Shown here: piece after piece, positions 11,401-20,800 of the stretch
How the letters are laid out: each line of letters opens with the position of its first letter
Numbering within the stretch: the first letter of the stretch is position 1
Source of the DNA: Azolla caroliniana
Lineage: Eukaryota; Plantae; Polypodiophyta
Reading direction: 5' to 3'
DNA length: 64,000 bases
Assembly (NCBI GenBank): GCA_043228905.1
Contig: JBHGNT010000018.1
Span: forward strand, 1,116,001 to 1,180,000
Position numbers and translations under genes: made by a program
The notes under the pieces: model-generated
Databases searched by the model: none
Seen by the model: only the letters and a program-made list of their open reading frames with translations
What the model was told of the DNA's origin: nothing

Positions 11401-11996
11401 CGGTCTTCCTCCGCCGGCAGTAGGAACCCGCCCCCACCGATTTTGAGCTCTCGGAGCGTCTCGTCAGTGAAGGTGTGCCCTATGCAGGCCGGATCTCGTA
11501 GACTAGGGTCTGATGCAACCCCTTTGATTCTCGACGCGCTGTCCTCCGGTAAGGGTGCCGCTACTGGCCTTACCTTCCGGTCCACAGTCTTGTACTTGGT
11601 GTTTACGTGGGCCGTCCGAACTGACTCGAGCCCTCGACCGAAGTCCGCGATGACTTCGTACATCTCCTCGGAACACACCGGTATCGTCCGGTTGTCGTTA
11701 AGGCCTTCTTCGACTACCTTTCCCAGCATTCCCAAGGTGTCGTCGAATGAGACCGCCTCCACGGCTCCGTTGATTTCCTCGTCCGGGCCGAGAACTCCGC
11801 ACGCTCGAAGTCTCGCCTCCGTCTTTGTTTTCTCTCGGCCGGCGATGCCGACCATCGCACACGCTCCGCTGTCGGAGAACAAAAATTCCCTACCTATGGT
11901 ACAAGGTTTCTTCGGTTTTATCGTACAGGTGTGGGGTTTTCCCGGGGTGTCCGGACTGTCGCGGCCCCACGCCTTGGCAGCCCTCTCTAAAAATCC
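8499..11996 (-). CDS. pol: pol of B: RT, RNase H, integrase; probably entered by -1 frameshift at 11990-11996
   Basis: RT LPQGGTNS...PFLDD; RH VDTS...ELWG...TDC; integrase HDSPWAGH..CESC, D..D..E, GPY; no chromodomain; frame stays open from the slippery site to the TTG at 11882. Confidence 0.93.
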   Translation of the reverse strand, partial: GFLERAAKAWGRDSPDTPGKPHTCTIKPKKPCTIGREFLFSDSGACAMVGIAGREKTKTEARLRACGVLGPDEEINGAVEAVSFDDTLGMLGKVVEEGLNDNRTIPVCSEEMYEVIADFGRGLESVRTAHVNTKYKTVDRKVRPVAAPLPEDSASRIKGVASDPSLRDPACIGHTFTDETLRELKIGGGGFLLPAEEDRFRRMLGRHGKAFAFSPEEIGCVDPTIVEPMVIFTVPHVPWNLKPIPVPRAHIPKLMELLRQKVDMGILEPSSAPYSNRWFTVPKKNGSLRFIQDLQPVNRVTIRNAGIGPTIDEFAEAFAGRSIYSVGDLYSGYDQFQLAVESRDLTTMRTPLGLVRMCTLPQGGTNSVAHMVNAMNKVLRDCVPDITMPFLDDIPIKGCPVEEKDETIGPDGCRRFVATHVDDCEKVLQRLEDARLTFSGEKSAFGQSEIMVVGHLCGPYGRKPSPAKVEAISAMKPDCSSVTEVRRFLGACAFYHIWIPHYAHVAEPLYGLLKKGRRFEWLDKHAESVRKLKEALAAAPALRKAVYGKGTPVFITVDTSPTGIGWVVNQEDEDGNRFPIRFGAKVLSERQRGYAQVKRELWGIVSAVKADKDYLIGTEVIIETDCLPILGMVSGCATPDLAMLRWIAYIKSLDPEIRHISGKDNAMADMLSRARFDDEGGMVSEDEEVGVDFFEAAYITTDGMSTPALNEFDASKYDGEWVQIGGFLKTMTPDASWTKDEANRIRKKAYRFFLRDGHLWKHPKKRDGVPLRVVAMKEEQEELLAAYHDSPWAGHRGTWATFEKLKGKYWWPGLYWDVHRFVSTCESCQMHSIVRHRDGLHPTYPPTIHFKWMVDLVTMPMGLGQMRYLVLAREDLTNQVEGRALQNKTTAAVCRFLVEDVICRYGCVGKIVADRGELDAEEAAELFDRLGVKLSLTTAYNPEANGKVERGHGPIVKALIRACGGQVGNWPRLLPYALWADRTTHSSVTGYMPTELMFGQKPIMPIERTISSRATVDWRDEMSREELLVARIRQLERRPEDVALATEKLRVARTKNKARFDRTHRLRPKKIEEGDWVLVYDSSLDNQHRATRKFARRWFGPYVVRSANDNGTYHLAELDGTRMAIPVAGKRIKAFKKRHDDEPDPALLVGNDERSENEEEPTGEE
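11931..11996 (-). promoter_or_regulatory. Putative -1 programmed ribosomal frameshift signal (G GAU UUU UAG + stem/pseudoknot)
   Basis: Heptamer 11990-11996, 6-nt spacer, stem GGGCTG/CAGTCC, loop GTGGG complementary to downstream CCCAC; conserved in A (215-221) and C (32180-32186). Confidence 0.78.
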
Positions 11997-14140
11997 TCTC
12001 GGTTATCGGAACCGAGGGAGTCGCGGTTACGCTCGTGGTTCGGCCTAACCGTCAAAAACTGGACCGAATGGCGGCCGTCCTGGCTCTTGACCCGCGCATA
12101 GGCCGAACCATTGTCCAGCACCTTGGTCTCCATTCGCGCCGCCGTGATGTACGGCTCTCCCAGTATGACCGGATGCGAAGACGTCTCCTGCACGAAGAAG
12201 TGCTGGTCAATCTCGACGTCGCCGATCTTGACTCGCACATTCGGACAGGCCCCGTGCAGTTCCTCGGTGGCGCGCGTTGCTGCCCTTATTTTCCACCCGT
12301 GCTTGGTGTTGATCGGCCATTTGCCCTTCTTATAGAAGTCCATGGACATCAAATTGATCTCCGATCCGTGGTCCACCAAAGCTATCACCGGTTCCTGGAC
12401 ATCGCCGATCTTCACCGGGGTTTCCGTGGTCGCTCGGGCCCAGTGCGGTCTCGAATAGTGGCTTTCCGCCCACTCGTCTCCCAGCGCCATGTCGTCTAGG
12501 TGCGTCGTCCGCACTTCCACCGGTCTTTCCGGTTCTGTCTCCGTTGACAGCCTCTTCCGTTTCACCAAGTCCACGATGGAGTCGTGGAACTCCTTCTTGG
12601 CGATTCCAAGCACCTCCCGTAGCGACAGCTCCACCTTGCTGTCGAGGATCCGTTCCTCCAGGACCTTTCGTAAGTCCGTGGTTCTTTCTATCTCCGTCCC
12701 CAGACGGTACCCGCCCTTCTGGGGTTTATCTTGCGTACCGGCCCTGCCGGCTTCGTCCCGTCGTGGCCCGGACCGGGTCTCGCATCGTTGTGAGGGCCCG
12801 GTCGTCCCGGGTTTTCCCACCCGCTTCTCTTCTACCAGAGCCTCGTAGTTCCGGCAAGCGGCTTCCACGAAGCCCGTCCTTTCCTCGACCGGGTCGCTCC
12901 ACCCGGTCATCTCCCGTACCCGTTTCTCCGCACGGTCCGATTCCTCCCTTTTAAGCCCTGCACCGGCAAGGCCTTCCAGCATCGTCGGCCAGAATCCGGC
13001 TTTGCTTTCCTTTCGGGCCTCGCCGCCCCCGACTCGAATGCCAGCCGACGCCGAGTAGTGGACGGTTTCCGCGTGTCGGGCCGCCGCCTCTTCCATCAAC
13101 CTTTTCATACCACCCTTTCCGTCGTTTCGGCTCAGGGCCCTTCGGGTGTCGCTGGCATGCACCCGTCCTTCCCACAGGTACACCACCCGGTCCCTCAGCG
13201 CCTCCGCGAAGTCGCCGCAGTCCTTCCGAACGTGGCCGACTTCATCGCACCACATGCACCTGTTTCCTGCCGCCGGCCGTCGGTCACGAGCCGGTTCGCC
13301 TCCTTCCCTTCGGGCCTGCGCGATTTGGAGGTCCTTTATCGCCTTCGTCAATTCCTCCAGCGCCGCTCCTCCGGTTGAGCCTCTGACTACGCCGGTCGAA
13401 GCCGAACCGGTTTCCAACCACTCCCGGGTCTCTTCCTTGCGCACCTGTGGCGCTGGTTCGAGCTTCCTTGCTGCGACCGAGCCCGACCCAGTCGCCCCGT
13501 TATCCGCCCATTCTCGCCGTTTGTCGAAACGGCCACAGACCTTCCTGACAGCCGCCCAGTCGGTAGTGAGCCCGTCTTCGGTTTCCAGCAAGAGGCCCAC
13601 TTGCTCCCGATCCCGCTCGTCGACCGACTTGACAAACAGCAAGACCCGGCTCGTGTCCAGGATGGTTCGGTCGAGCGCCGAAAGGCGCGCAAAGTTTTCC
13701 TCGAACTCCCGGAGGAGTGCCGACGCGTTTCTTCCCTTCCCCGGGGACTCCACCCATTCCATGAACCTTCGCTTCGAAAGCCGGAGCGCGTCGTCCAGCC
13801 CGTATTTCTCTAGGAGCCGACCTTCGAACTCCTCCCAGGTACGGCTCTCCGCCCGCACCTCGAGCACCTCCGCATGGATGCTCGGCATTGCCACTCGGGG
13901 AAAACCGGCAAGACGCCTTTCTTCCGGAATGTCCCGCATCAACATTTCTGCACCGTAGGACGCCAGATACTTCGTGGCATCCCTCCCATCGAACCGGCCG
14001 ATCGTGCCGACGACCGCCTCAATAGCTCTGTCGAGGGCACCGGTACCCTCGCGCGCGTTTACGATCCGATCCACGGCCGAAGCCATGGCCTCTGCGAGAT
14101 CCGACCCCCTCATCTTCTGCTCTTCTGCCGCCTCTTTCAC
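11987..14140 (-). CDS. gag: gag-protease of B
   Basis: 717-aa ORF (first ATG near 14113); CMWCDEVGHVRKDC knuckle; ALVDHGSEINLMS...VILGEPY aspartic-protease fold. Confidence 0.92.
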   Translation of the reverse strand: MKEAAEEQKMRGSDLAEAMASAVDRIVNAREGTGALDRAIEAVVGTIGRFDGRDATKYLASYGAEMLMRDIPEERRLAGFPRVAMPSIHAEVLEVRAESRTWEEFEGRLLEKYGLDDALRLSKRRFMEWVESPGKGRNASALLREFEENFARLSALDRTILDTSRVLLFVKSVDERDREQVGLLLETEDGLTTDWAAVRKVCGRFDKRREWADNGATGSGSVAARKLEPAPQVRKEETREWLETGSASTGVVRGSTGGAALEELTKAIKDLQIAQARREGGEPARDRRPAAGNRCMWCDEVGHVRKDCGDFAEALRDRVVYLWEGRVHASDTRRALSRNDGKGGMKRLMEEAAARHAETVHYSASAGIRVGGGEARKESKAGFWPTMLEGLAGAGLKREESDRAEKRVREMTGWSDPVEERTGFVEAACRNYEALVEEKRVGKPGTTGPSQRCETRSGPRRDEAGRAGTQDKPQKGGYRLGTEIERTTDLRKVLEERILDSKVELSLREVLGIAKKEFHDSIVDLVKRKRLSTETEPERPVEVRTTHLDDMALGDEWAESHYSRPHWARATTETPVKIGDVQEPVIALVDHGSEINLMSMDFYKKGKWPINTKHGWKIRAATRATEELHGACPNVRVKIGDVEIDQHFFVQETSSHPVILGEPYITAARMETKVLDNGSAYARVKSQDGRHSVQFLTVRPNHERNRDSLGSDNREDF

Positions 14141-14157
14141 GTCGGGTTCACCAAAGA

Positions 14158-14956
14158 TGTCGAGATATTACGCAAGTGCGTGTGGAATAGAGGCGGGACC
14201 GCGGGGGTCTCGAACCAAAGAGCAAGCGAGGGAGGAGAAAGAGAGAGAACCGGCTACGCAGGACCGGGGATACACAGGGACACGGCCCTTCAGCACGGAG
14301 AACGCGAACAGACACCGACACAGACAGATGCGAATGACTAAATATGTGTATTAACAAAATGGCTAACACGACTACAACCCCCGGTGGGGCACAGGTTGGT
14401 TGCAACCGAACAGGCCGGCGAACAGATGCCGATGCCTGTTCGCTTCGAAGCACAAACGGGGAAATGGGGGGGGGTAGCAGGTCGGAGGTGCTGCCGGAAG
14501 CACTCGGGCGTTCCTCGAAACAGCGCGAGCCTCCCCGGAACCCTGCACAGAAAGCTTTGGAGCTCAAGAAGGAAGGAAACAGAGAGAGCGAAGCGTCCAG
14601 AAACGGTCCGACAGCACTTCGTCCTCTCCGCGCCAGATCCCTGCAACAGCTCTTTCCCGCTCCTTATATAGGCCGACGAACAGGCCGTCGTGTCAGCTTT
14701 ATTCCCTGTCCCTTTTGGACAGGGATCCGCTCCGTTTTTCACGGATCCGCGTAGTTACGCCGCCGACTCGTACAGTTCGCGCGCGCGACCGAAAAGACTG
14801 TTCGCGCGGTCTTTGTCTCCACTTGAGTTAGGGCCCGTTCCTGCCGATTATCCTCTCAATTCGTTTCTATGTACAACTCGGAGCGTGCGCGCGTGAAGAA
14901 CCGGTTCCCACGCCTTGGTGCGCCGATTCCGCCTATAGACGGTTTTCTTCACGACA
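14158..14956 (-). repeat. 5' LTR of B
   Basis: Followed on minus strand by TCTT and Trp PBS. Confidence 0.96.
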
Positions 14957-14958
14957 AC

Positions 14959-17115
14959 GTGATAAACAGATCACCCTCAGTACCTTTGGACGGAGACACG
15001 CCGCAGAAAGTGTGGACCGGTAAGGAAGTGTCCTACCGGCATCTGAAGGTGTTCGGGTGTCTCGCATACGTGCATGTGGCAAAGGACCGGAGAGGAAAGC
15101 TAGATCCAAAGACCCGGCCATGCATATTCCTCGGTTACGGCGACGACGAGTTCGGCTACCGAGTATGGGACCCGGTGGACAAGAAGATATTCAGGAGTCG
15201 AGACATCATCTTCATGGAGGACAAGACACTCGCCTACTGGGAGTCGGAGAAGAAGATGAAGAGCTCCAAGTCGACCGGTGAGGATAAACTCTACGAGGAG
15301 CAGTCCCGACCGGCAAGGGACCAGTTAGCACTCGAGGATCCGGCCGAAGACGGTGAAGAAACAGAACCGGCCGAAGAAGATGAAAACGATACCGGAACCG
15401 GCCCCGATCCCGAAATAGATTCGGATGAAGAAGAATCGGAAGAACCGGTTACCGAAGCTCCGGAACGGAGATATCCTCTAAGAGAGAGAAGGGCCCCCCG
15501 GAGATTTCCGGAACCAGAGCACGTGCTGCTAACCGACGAGGGGGAGCCGGAGAGCTTTGAAGAAGCAAAACATGACACCCAGAGCCGCAGGTGGTTGAGT
15601 GCCATGCAGGACGAAATGGATTCCTTGCATGAGAACCACACATATGAACTTGTGGAGTTGCCGAAAGGAAAGCGGGCACTTCGAAACAAGTGGGTGTTCA
15701 AGCTGAAACCGGGAGATGCCGGAAACCCCCCGAGATACAAAGCCAGGATCGTGGTGAAGGGGTTTCAGCAGAAGAAGGGCGTCGACTTCGACGAGATATT
15801 TGCCCCGGTAGTGAAGATGACCTCCATCCGGACGGTGCTGAGCATAGCGGCAAGCATGGACCTCGAGGTAGAACAGATGGACGTGAAGACGGCATTCCTT
15901 CACGGTGACCTCGAAGAAGAGATCTACATGCAGCAACCGGAAGGATTCAAGAAGAAAGGGAAGGAGCACCTGGTATGCCGGTTGAAGAAGAGCCTTTACG
16001 GACTGAAGCAGGCTCCCCGGCAATGGTACCGGAAGTTCGACTCCTTCATGACCGACGAAGGGTACCACAAAACGCAGTCTGATCACTGCGTGTTTGTGAA
16101 GAAGTTCGAAGGAGGAGACTCTCTAATACTCCTCCTGTACGTGGACGACATGTTGATCGTCGGACGGGACCAGGTCAAGATACGGGTGCTGAAGAAGGCA
16201 CTTCACCGAACCTTCTCAATGAAGGACCTGGGTCCGGCGAGGCAAATACTAGGGATGCACATCATCCGGGACCGGAAGAAGAAGCAGTTGTGGCTGTCAC
16301 AGGAGAAGTACGTGACAAAGGTGCTTCACCGGTTCAACATGTCGGAAGCAAGACCGGTCGGGTCAACCCTCCCGGCAAACTGCAAGTTGTCCAGCAAGCA
16401 AAGCCCCAAGACAAAGGCTGAGAAGGAGGACATGATGAAAGTACCATATGCCTCTGCCGTCGGAAGCTTGATGTACGCAATGGTGTGTACAAGACCGGAC
16501 ATAGGATATGCAGTCGGAGTGGTGAGCCGGTACATGAGCAATCCCGGCAAAGAGCACTGGAACGCGGTCAAGTGGATACTCCGATACCTGAAGGGCACGG
16601 CAAACGTGTGCCTCCGATTCGGCTCCGGTAAGCCCGAATTCGACGGCTTTACCGATTCGGATATGTCGGCTGATGCAGATACCAGCCGGTCCACATCAGG
16701 GTATGTGATGACGTATGCAGGAGGAGCTGTTTCGTGGCAGTCGAGGCTGCAGAAGACGGTTGCGTTGTCAACCACGGAGGCGGAGTACATGGCGGCGGTT
16801 GAAGCCGGCAAGGAAATAATATGGATGAAGGACTTCATTAGAGAGCTCGGTATCCAACAGGAGGAGTACCGACTCTACTGCGATAGTCAGAGTGCCATCC
16901 ACCTTGCGAAGAACGCGGCCTACCATTCCCGGACGAAGCACATCCAGCGAAGATATCACTGGATCCGGGAAAGGATAGAAGACAAGGAGTTCGTGCTGAC
17001 GAAGATCCACACGGACGAGAACGGGTCGGATATGCTGACCAAGGTGCTCACACCCGACAAGCTGGAAGCATGCCGGAAGAGGATCGGGTTGGAGAGACAT
17101 CCCATGCCGAAGTGA
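14959..17115 (+). CDS. pol: Copia polyprotein of D, C-terminal part (integrase end, RT, RNase H)
   Basis: In frame with 5710-7628 once B and one TSD are removed (total about 1,360 aa); QMDVKTAFLHG, LLYVDDML, TDSD, RTKHI. Confidence 0.94.
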   Translation: MINRSPSVPLDGDTPQKVWTGKEVSYRHLKVFGCLAYVHVAKDRRGKLDPKTRPCIFLGYGDDEFGYRVWDPVDKKIFRSRDIIFMEDKTLAYWESEKKMKSSKSTGEDKLYEEQSRPARDQLALEDPAEDGEETEPAEEDENDTGTGPDPEIDSDEEESEEPVTEAPERRYPLRERRAPRRFPEPEHVLLTDEGEPESFEEAKHDTQSRRWLSAMQDEMDSLHENHTYELVELPKGKRALRNKWVFKLKPGDAGNPPRYKARIVVKGFQQKKGVDFDEIFAPVVKMTSIRTVLSIAASMDLEVEQMDVKTAFLHGDLEEEIYMQQPEGFKKKGKEHLVCRLKKSLYGLKQAPRQWYRKFDSFMTDEGYHKTQSDHCVFVKKFEGGDSLILLLYVDDMLIVGRDQVKIRVLKKALHRTFSMKDLGPARQILGMHIIRDRKKKQLWLSQEKYVTKVLHRFNMSEARPVGSTLPANCKLSSKQSPKTKAEKEDMMKVPYASAVGSLMYAMVCTRPDIGYAVGVVSRYMSNPGKEHWNAVKWILRYLKGTANVCLRFGSGKPEFDGFTDSDMSADADTSRSTSGYVMTYAGGAVSWQSRLQKTVALSTTEAEYMAAVEAGKEIIWMKDFIRELGIQQEEYRLYCDSQSAIHLAKNAAYHSRTKHIQRRYHWIRERIEDKEFVLTKIHTDENGSDMLTKVLTPDKLEACRKRIGLERHPMPK

Positions 17116-17125
17116 AGGGGGAGTT

Positions 17126-17856
17126 TGTTGGGATTTCGGTCCCTCCGGATGGGATGTCCGGAGATGAATGACGGCAAGCCCGGAGGCTGTTACGGAACCG
17201 TAGGATGAAGAGTACCCGGCATGAAGCCGGATGAAGAGTACCCGGTTACGGAGCCGGATGATGAAGACCCCGGTTACGGAGCCGGATGCTGAAGACCCCG
17301 GTTACGGAGCCGGATGCTGAAGACCCCGGCTACGGAGCCGGATGCTGAAGACCCCGGCTACGGAGCCGGATGACGAATGTACCCGGAGAGAGAGATCCGG
17401 ATGCGGGGACATATTTGTGAATATGTTTGCCAAGAGCCCTTGAGGTTATATTTGTAAATAGCCCGAAAGTCATATGTGTATAAATATGACTTAGGGCAAA
17501 CAGTTTAGTTGTTGTTGCTCATTTTCTGTTTTTTTCACTTAGTGGGAGCGAAGTGAGAGCAGCCGAGAGAGAGAGAGAGAGAGAGAACCGAAGAGGTCGA
17601 CGCCTCTGTGTAATACCGCCGCCTGTGGCGAGGACAACGAGCTCAAGGTCGTCGCCTTGCAGCTCGCCATTGTATATTCCAGTGTATAGTGATAGTTGGA
17701 GTCGTGCACTCCCGTGGTTTTTCCCGTTTAGGGTTTTCCACGTTATACCCTGTGTATCGTGTCTTTCTCTGTATTTCCTATTTTCTGCTCCATTGATTCG
17801 CGATTTCTCGGTTGTGGCTGAGCGGTGAAGGTGAATAGAAGGGTCGATTCCCAACA
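17126..17856 (+). repeat. 3' LTR of D
   Basis: Matches 4949-5679; followed by TSD ATACA. Confidence 0.95.
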
Positions 17857-17861
17857 ATACA

Positions 17862-20800
17862 CCAGGCAACATCATTGGAAGTACCTCTCGCCGATGAGGT
17901 ACTAGCGCTACTCATGCTCGGTTCCCTCCCGGATAGCAGGGAGACGTTGGTTGTCACTTTGGGCAATGCCGGACCGGAAGGAAAACGGTTATCCCTAGCA
18001 AGAGTGAAGTCGAGCTTGCTAAATGAGGAGGCGCGTCGGAAAGATAAGGATACGAGCTCTGACTCCAAAGCGCTCCTTACCGAATCGGAACGCGGAAGAC
18101 AAAGGAACCGTAGTCCCCAGAACCGGGAGAAGTCGGGGACACGGTCAAAGTCAAGGGGGAGGCCTACTTGCTTCTATTGCGGCAAGCCGGGACACTTCCA
18201 GAAGAACTGTCGGCATTTCCGAAAAGACAAGGAAACCGACAGTACCGATTCGAAGCGGACACCGGACCGGAACGGTAAAGACCGGAGGGGGCCGGATCGG
18301 AAGGGAACGACGACAATCGCGGCAAGTGAAGAAGAGTTGTTGCTCATCACCGAGGAGAGGGAACTAAACATTGCCGGAGACGAGATGACCTGGGTGGTCG
18401 ACTCCGGAGCGTTGTTCCACCTTACCCCAGACCGGAAGTGCTTCTCATCCTACTCAACCGGTGATCACAACTGTGTTCGGATGAGGAATGAAGGTACATG
18501 CCAAATTGTTGGCATAGGAGACGTATGGTTAACAACACCAACCGGATGCAAGCTGCTGTTGAAGGATGTCTGACACGTTCCGGAGGTTCGTCTGAACCTG
18601 ATATCGACGGTCGGCTAGATGATGAAGGCTACATGGGTAGCATCCGGAACAGTGTTATGAAGTTCAACAAAGGGAGCCTGATTGTGGCTCGGGCCTGGAA
18701 GGTCAACACGTTGTACCTGATGAATGCCCGATTATGCCTGGAAGAAGTAAATGTAGCATCCGACATTGCCGGTGAGCTGTGGCACAAGAGGCTATGTCAC
18801 ATGAGCGAGAGAAGGGGATGAAGAGACTTGCAGACGACAACCTCATTCTAGTGAAGAACGTGCACTTGGAGAAGTGCACTGATTGTCTGGCCGGTAAACA
18901 AAACCGGACCTCCCGATCGAGGCCACCAATGAGACGTAATGCACCACTGGAGTTGGTGCATACTGATGTGTGTCAAGTGGACACGAAGTCACATGCCGGA
19001 TCGCAGTACTTCGTGAGGTTCATAGATGACCACAACCAGAAGCTGTGGGCCACACCGTTGAAGACGAAGGATCAGTGTTATCCATCTTCAAAGAGCTCCA
19101 CGCGAGAGTGGAAAGAGAAACCGGCCGGAAGTTGAAGGCGGTTCGAGCAGATAACGGAGGTGAATACCGGGGACAGTTCGAGGAGTACTGTCGCTCGAAG
19201 GGAATCCGACTCGAATTTACTGTGCCGAAGACGTCGGAACTAAACAGGCTAGCTGAGAGGATGAACCGGACCATAATGGAGAGGGTCCAGAGTATGCTAG
19301 CGCATGCAAAACTACCCAAGAAGTTTTGGGCTGAGGCATTGTCGACCGGAGAGGCAAAACTACCCTCAGTACCCTTGGACGGAGACACGCCACAGAGAGC
19401 CTGGACTGGTAAGGAAGTGTCCTACCGGCATCTGAAGGTATTCGGGTGTCTTGCGTATGTGCATGTAGCTAAGGACCGGAGAGGAAAACTAGATTCGAAG
19501 GCCTGTCCATGCATATTCCTCGTTTACGACGACGATGAGTTCGGCTACCGAGTGTGGGATCTGGTCGACAAGAAGGTATTCCGGAGTCGAGATATTATCT
19601 TCATGGAGGACAAGACGCTCGTCGACTGGGAGTCGGAGAAGAATATAATGAACTCCGAGTCGACCGGTAAGGATCGACTCTACGATGAGCATACCCAACC
19701 GGCAAGAGACTGGTTAGCACTCGAGGAACCAGCCGGTTACGGTGAGGATACCGAACCGGCTGAAGAAGAAGTAGAGGAAGCTGAAACCGGAACCGGCCAA
19801 TACCCTGAATCGGATTCGGATGAAGAACAAATAGAGGAGCTGGTTGCAGAAAGCTAAGGACGCAAATATCCTCTCAGAGAGAGAAGCCCCCTCGGAGATT
19901 TCCGGATGCAGAGCGCGTGTTGCTAACCGATGAGGGGGAGCCGGAAAGCTTCGAAGAAGCAAAGGAGGACACCCACAACTACAAGTGGTTGAGTGCCATG
20001 CAGGACAAGATGAATTCCCTACATGAGAACCACAGGTATGAACTGGTGGAGTTGCCGAAAGGAAAGCGGGCACTTCGAAACAAGTGGGTGTACAAGCTGA
20101 AACCGGGAGATGCCGGTAACCCCCCGAGATACAAAGCCAGGATCGTGGTGAAGTGGTTCCAGTAGAAGAAGGGCTTGGACTTCGACGAGATATTTGCTCC
20201 GGTAGTAAAGATGACCTCCATCCAGACGGTGCTGAGTATAGCAGTAACCTCGAGGTAGAGCAGTTGGACGTGAAGACGACATTCCTTCACGGTGACCTTG
20301 AAGAGGAGATTTACATGCAGCAACCAGAAGGATTCGTGGAGAAAGGGAAGGAGCACCTGGTATGCCGGTTGAAGAAGAGCCTGTACGGACTGAAGCAGGC
20401 TCCCTGACAATGGTACCGGAAGTTCGAGTCCTTCATGACCGATCAAGGGTACCACAAGACGCAGGCCGATCACTGCATGTTTGTGAAGAAGTTCGGAGGA
20501 GGCGACTTCTTGATACTCCTTCTGTACGTGGACGACATGTTGATCGTCGGACGGGACCAAGCCAAAATACAGATGCTGAAGAAGGCTCTCAATCGAACCT
20601 TCGCAATGAAAGACTTGGGTCCGGCAAGACAGATGCTGGGGATGCATATCATCCGGAACCGGCCAACGAAGCAATTGTGGCTGTCACAGGAGAAGTACGT
20701 GACAAAGGTGCTTCAGTGGTTCAACATGTTAGAAGTGAAACCGGTCGGATTGACACTCCCGCCAAACTGCAGATTATCCGGTAAGCAAAGCCCGAAGACG

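Larger units (their letters stand above)
7629..14956 (-). mobile_element. Ty3/gypsy element B (Trp-primed family), apparently intact and very young
   Basis: 799-bp LTRs 7629-8427 and 14158-14956 (one difference noticed); 4-bp TSD ACGT; PBS 14136-14153; PPT 8428-8440; open gag-PR and pol. Confidence 0.97.
4949..17856 (+). mobile_element. Ty1/copia element D, young, interrupted by gypsy B
   Basis: 731-bp LTRs 4949-5679 and 17126-17856 nearly identical; TSD ATACA; iMet PBS 5683-5694; PPT 17114-17123. Confidence 0.96.

Noticed and set aside
13146-13958. Long antisense ORFs over gag and pol (also 11272-12048, 33336-34148)
   Set aside because: Shadow ORFs expected from GC-rich codon bias; no recognisable domains.
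14136-14153. tRNA gene
   Set aside because: Only the 3' 18 nt with CCA next to an LTR: a primer-binding site.
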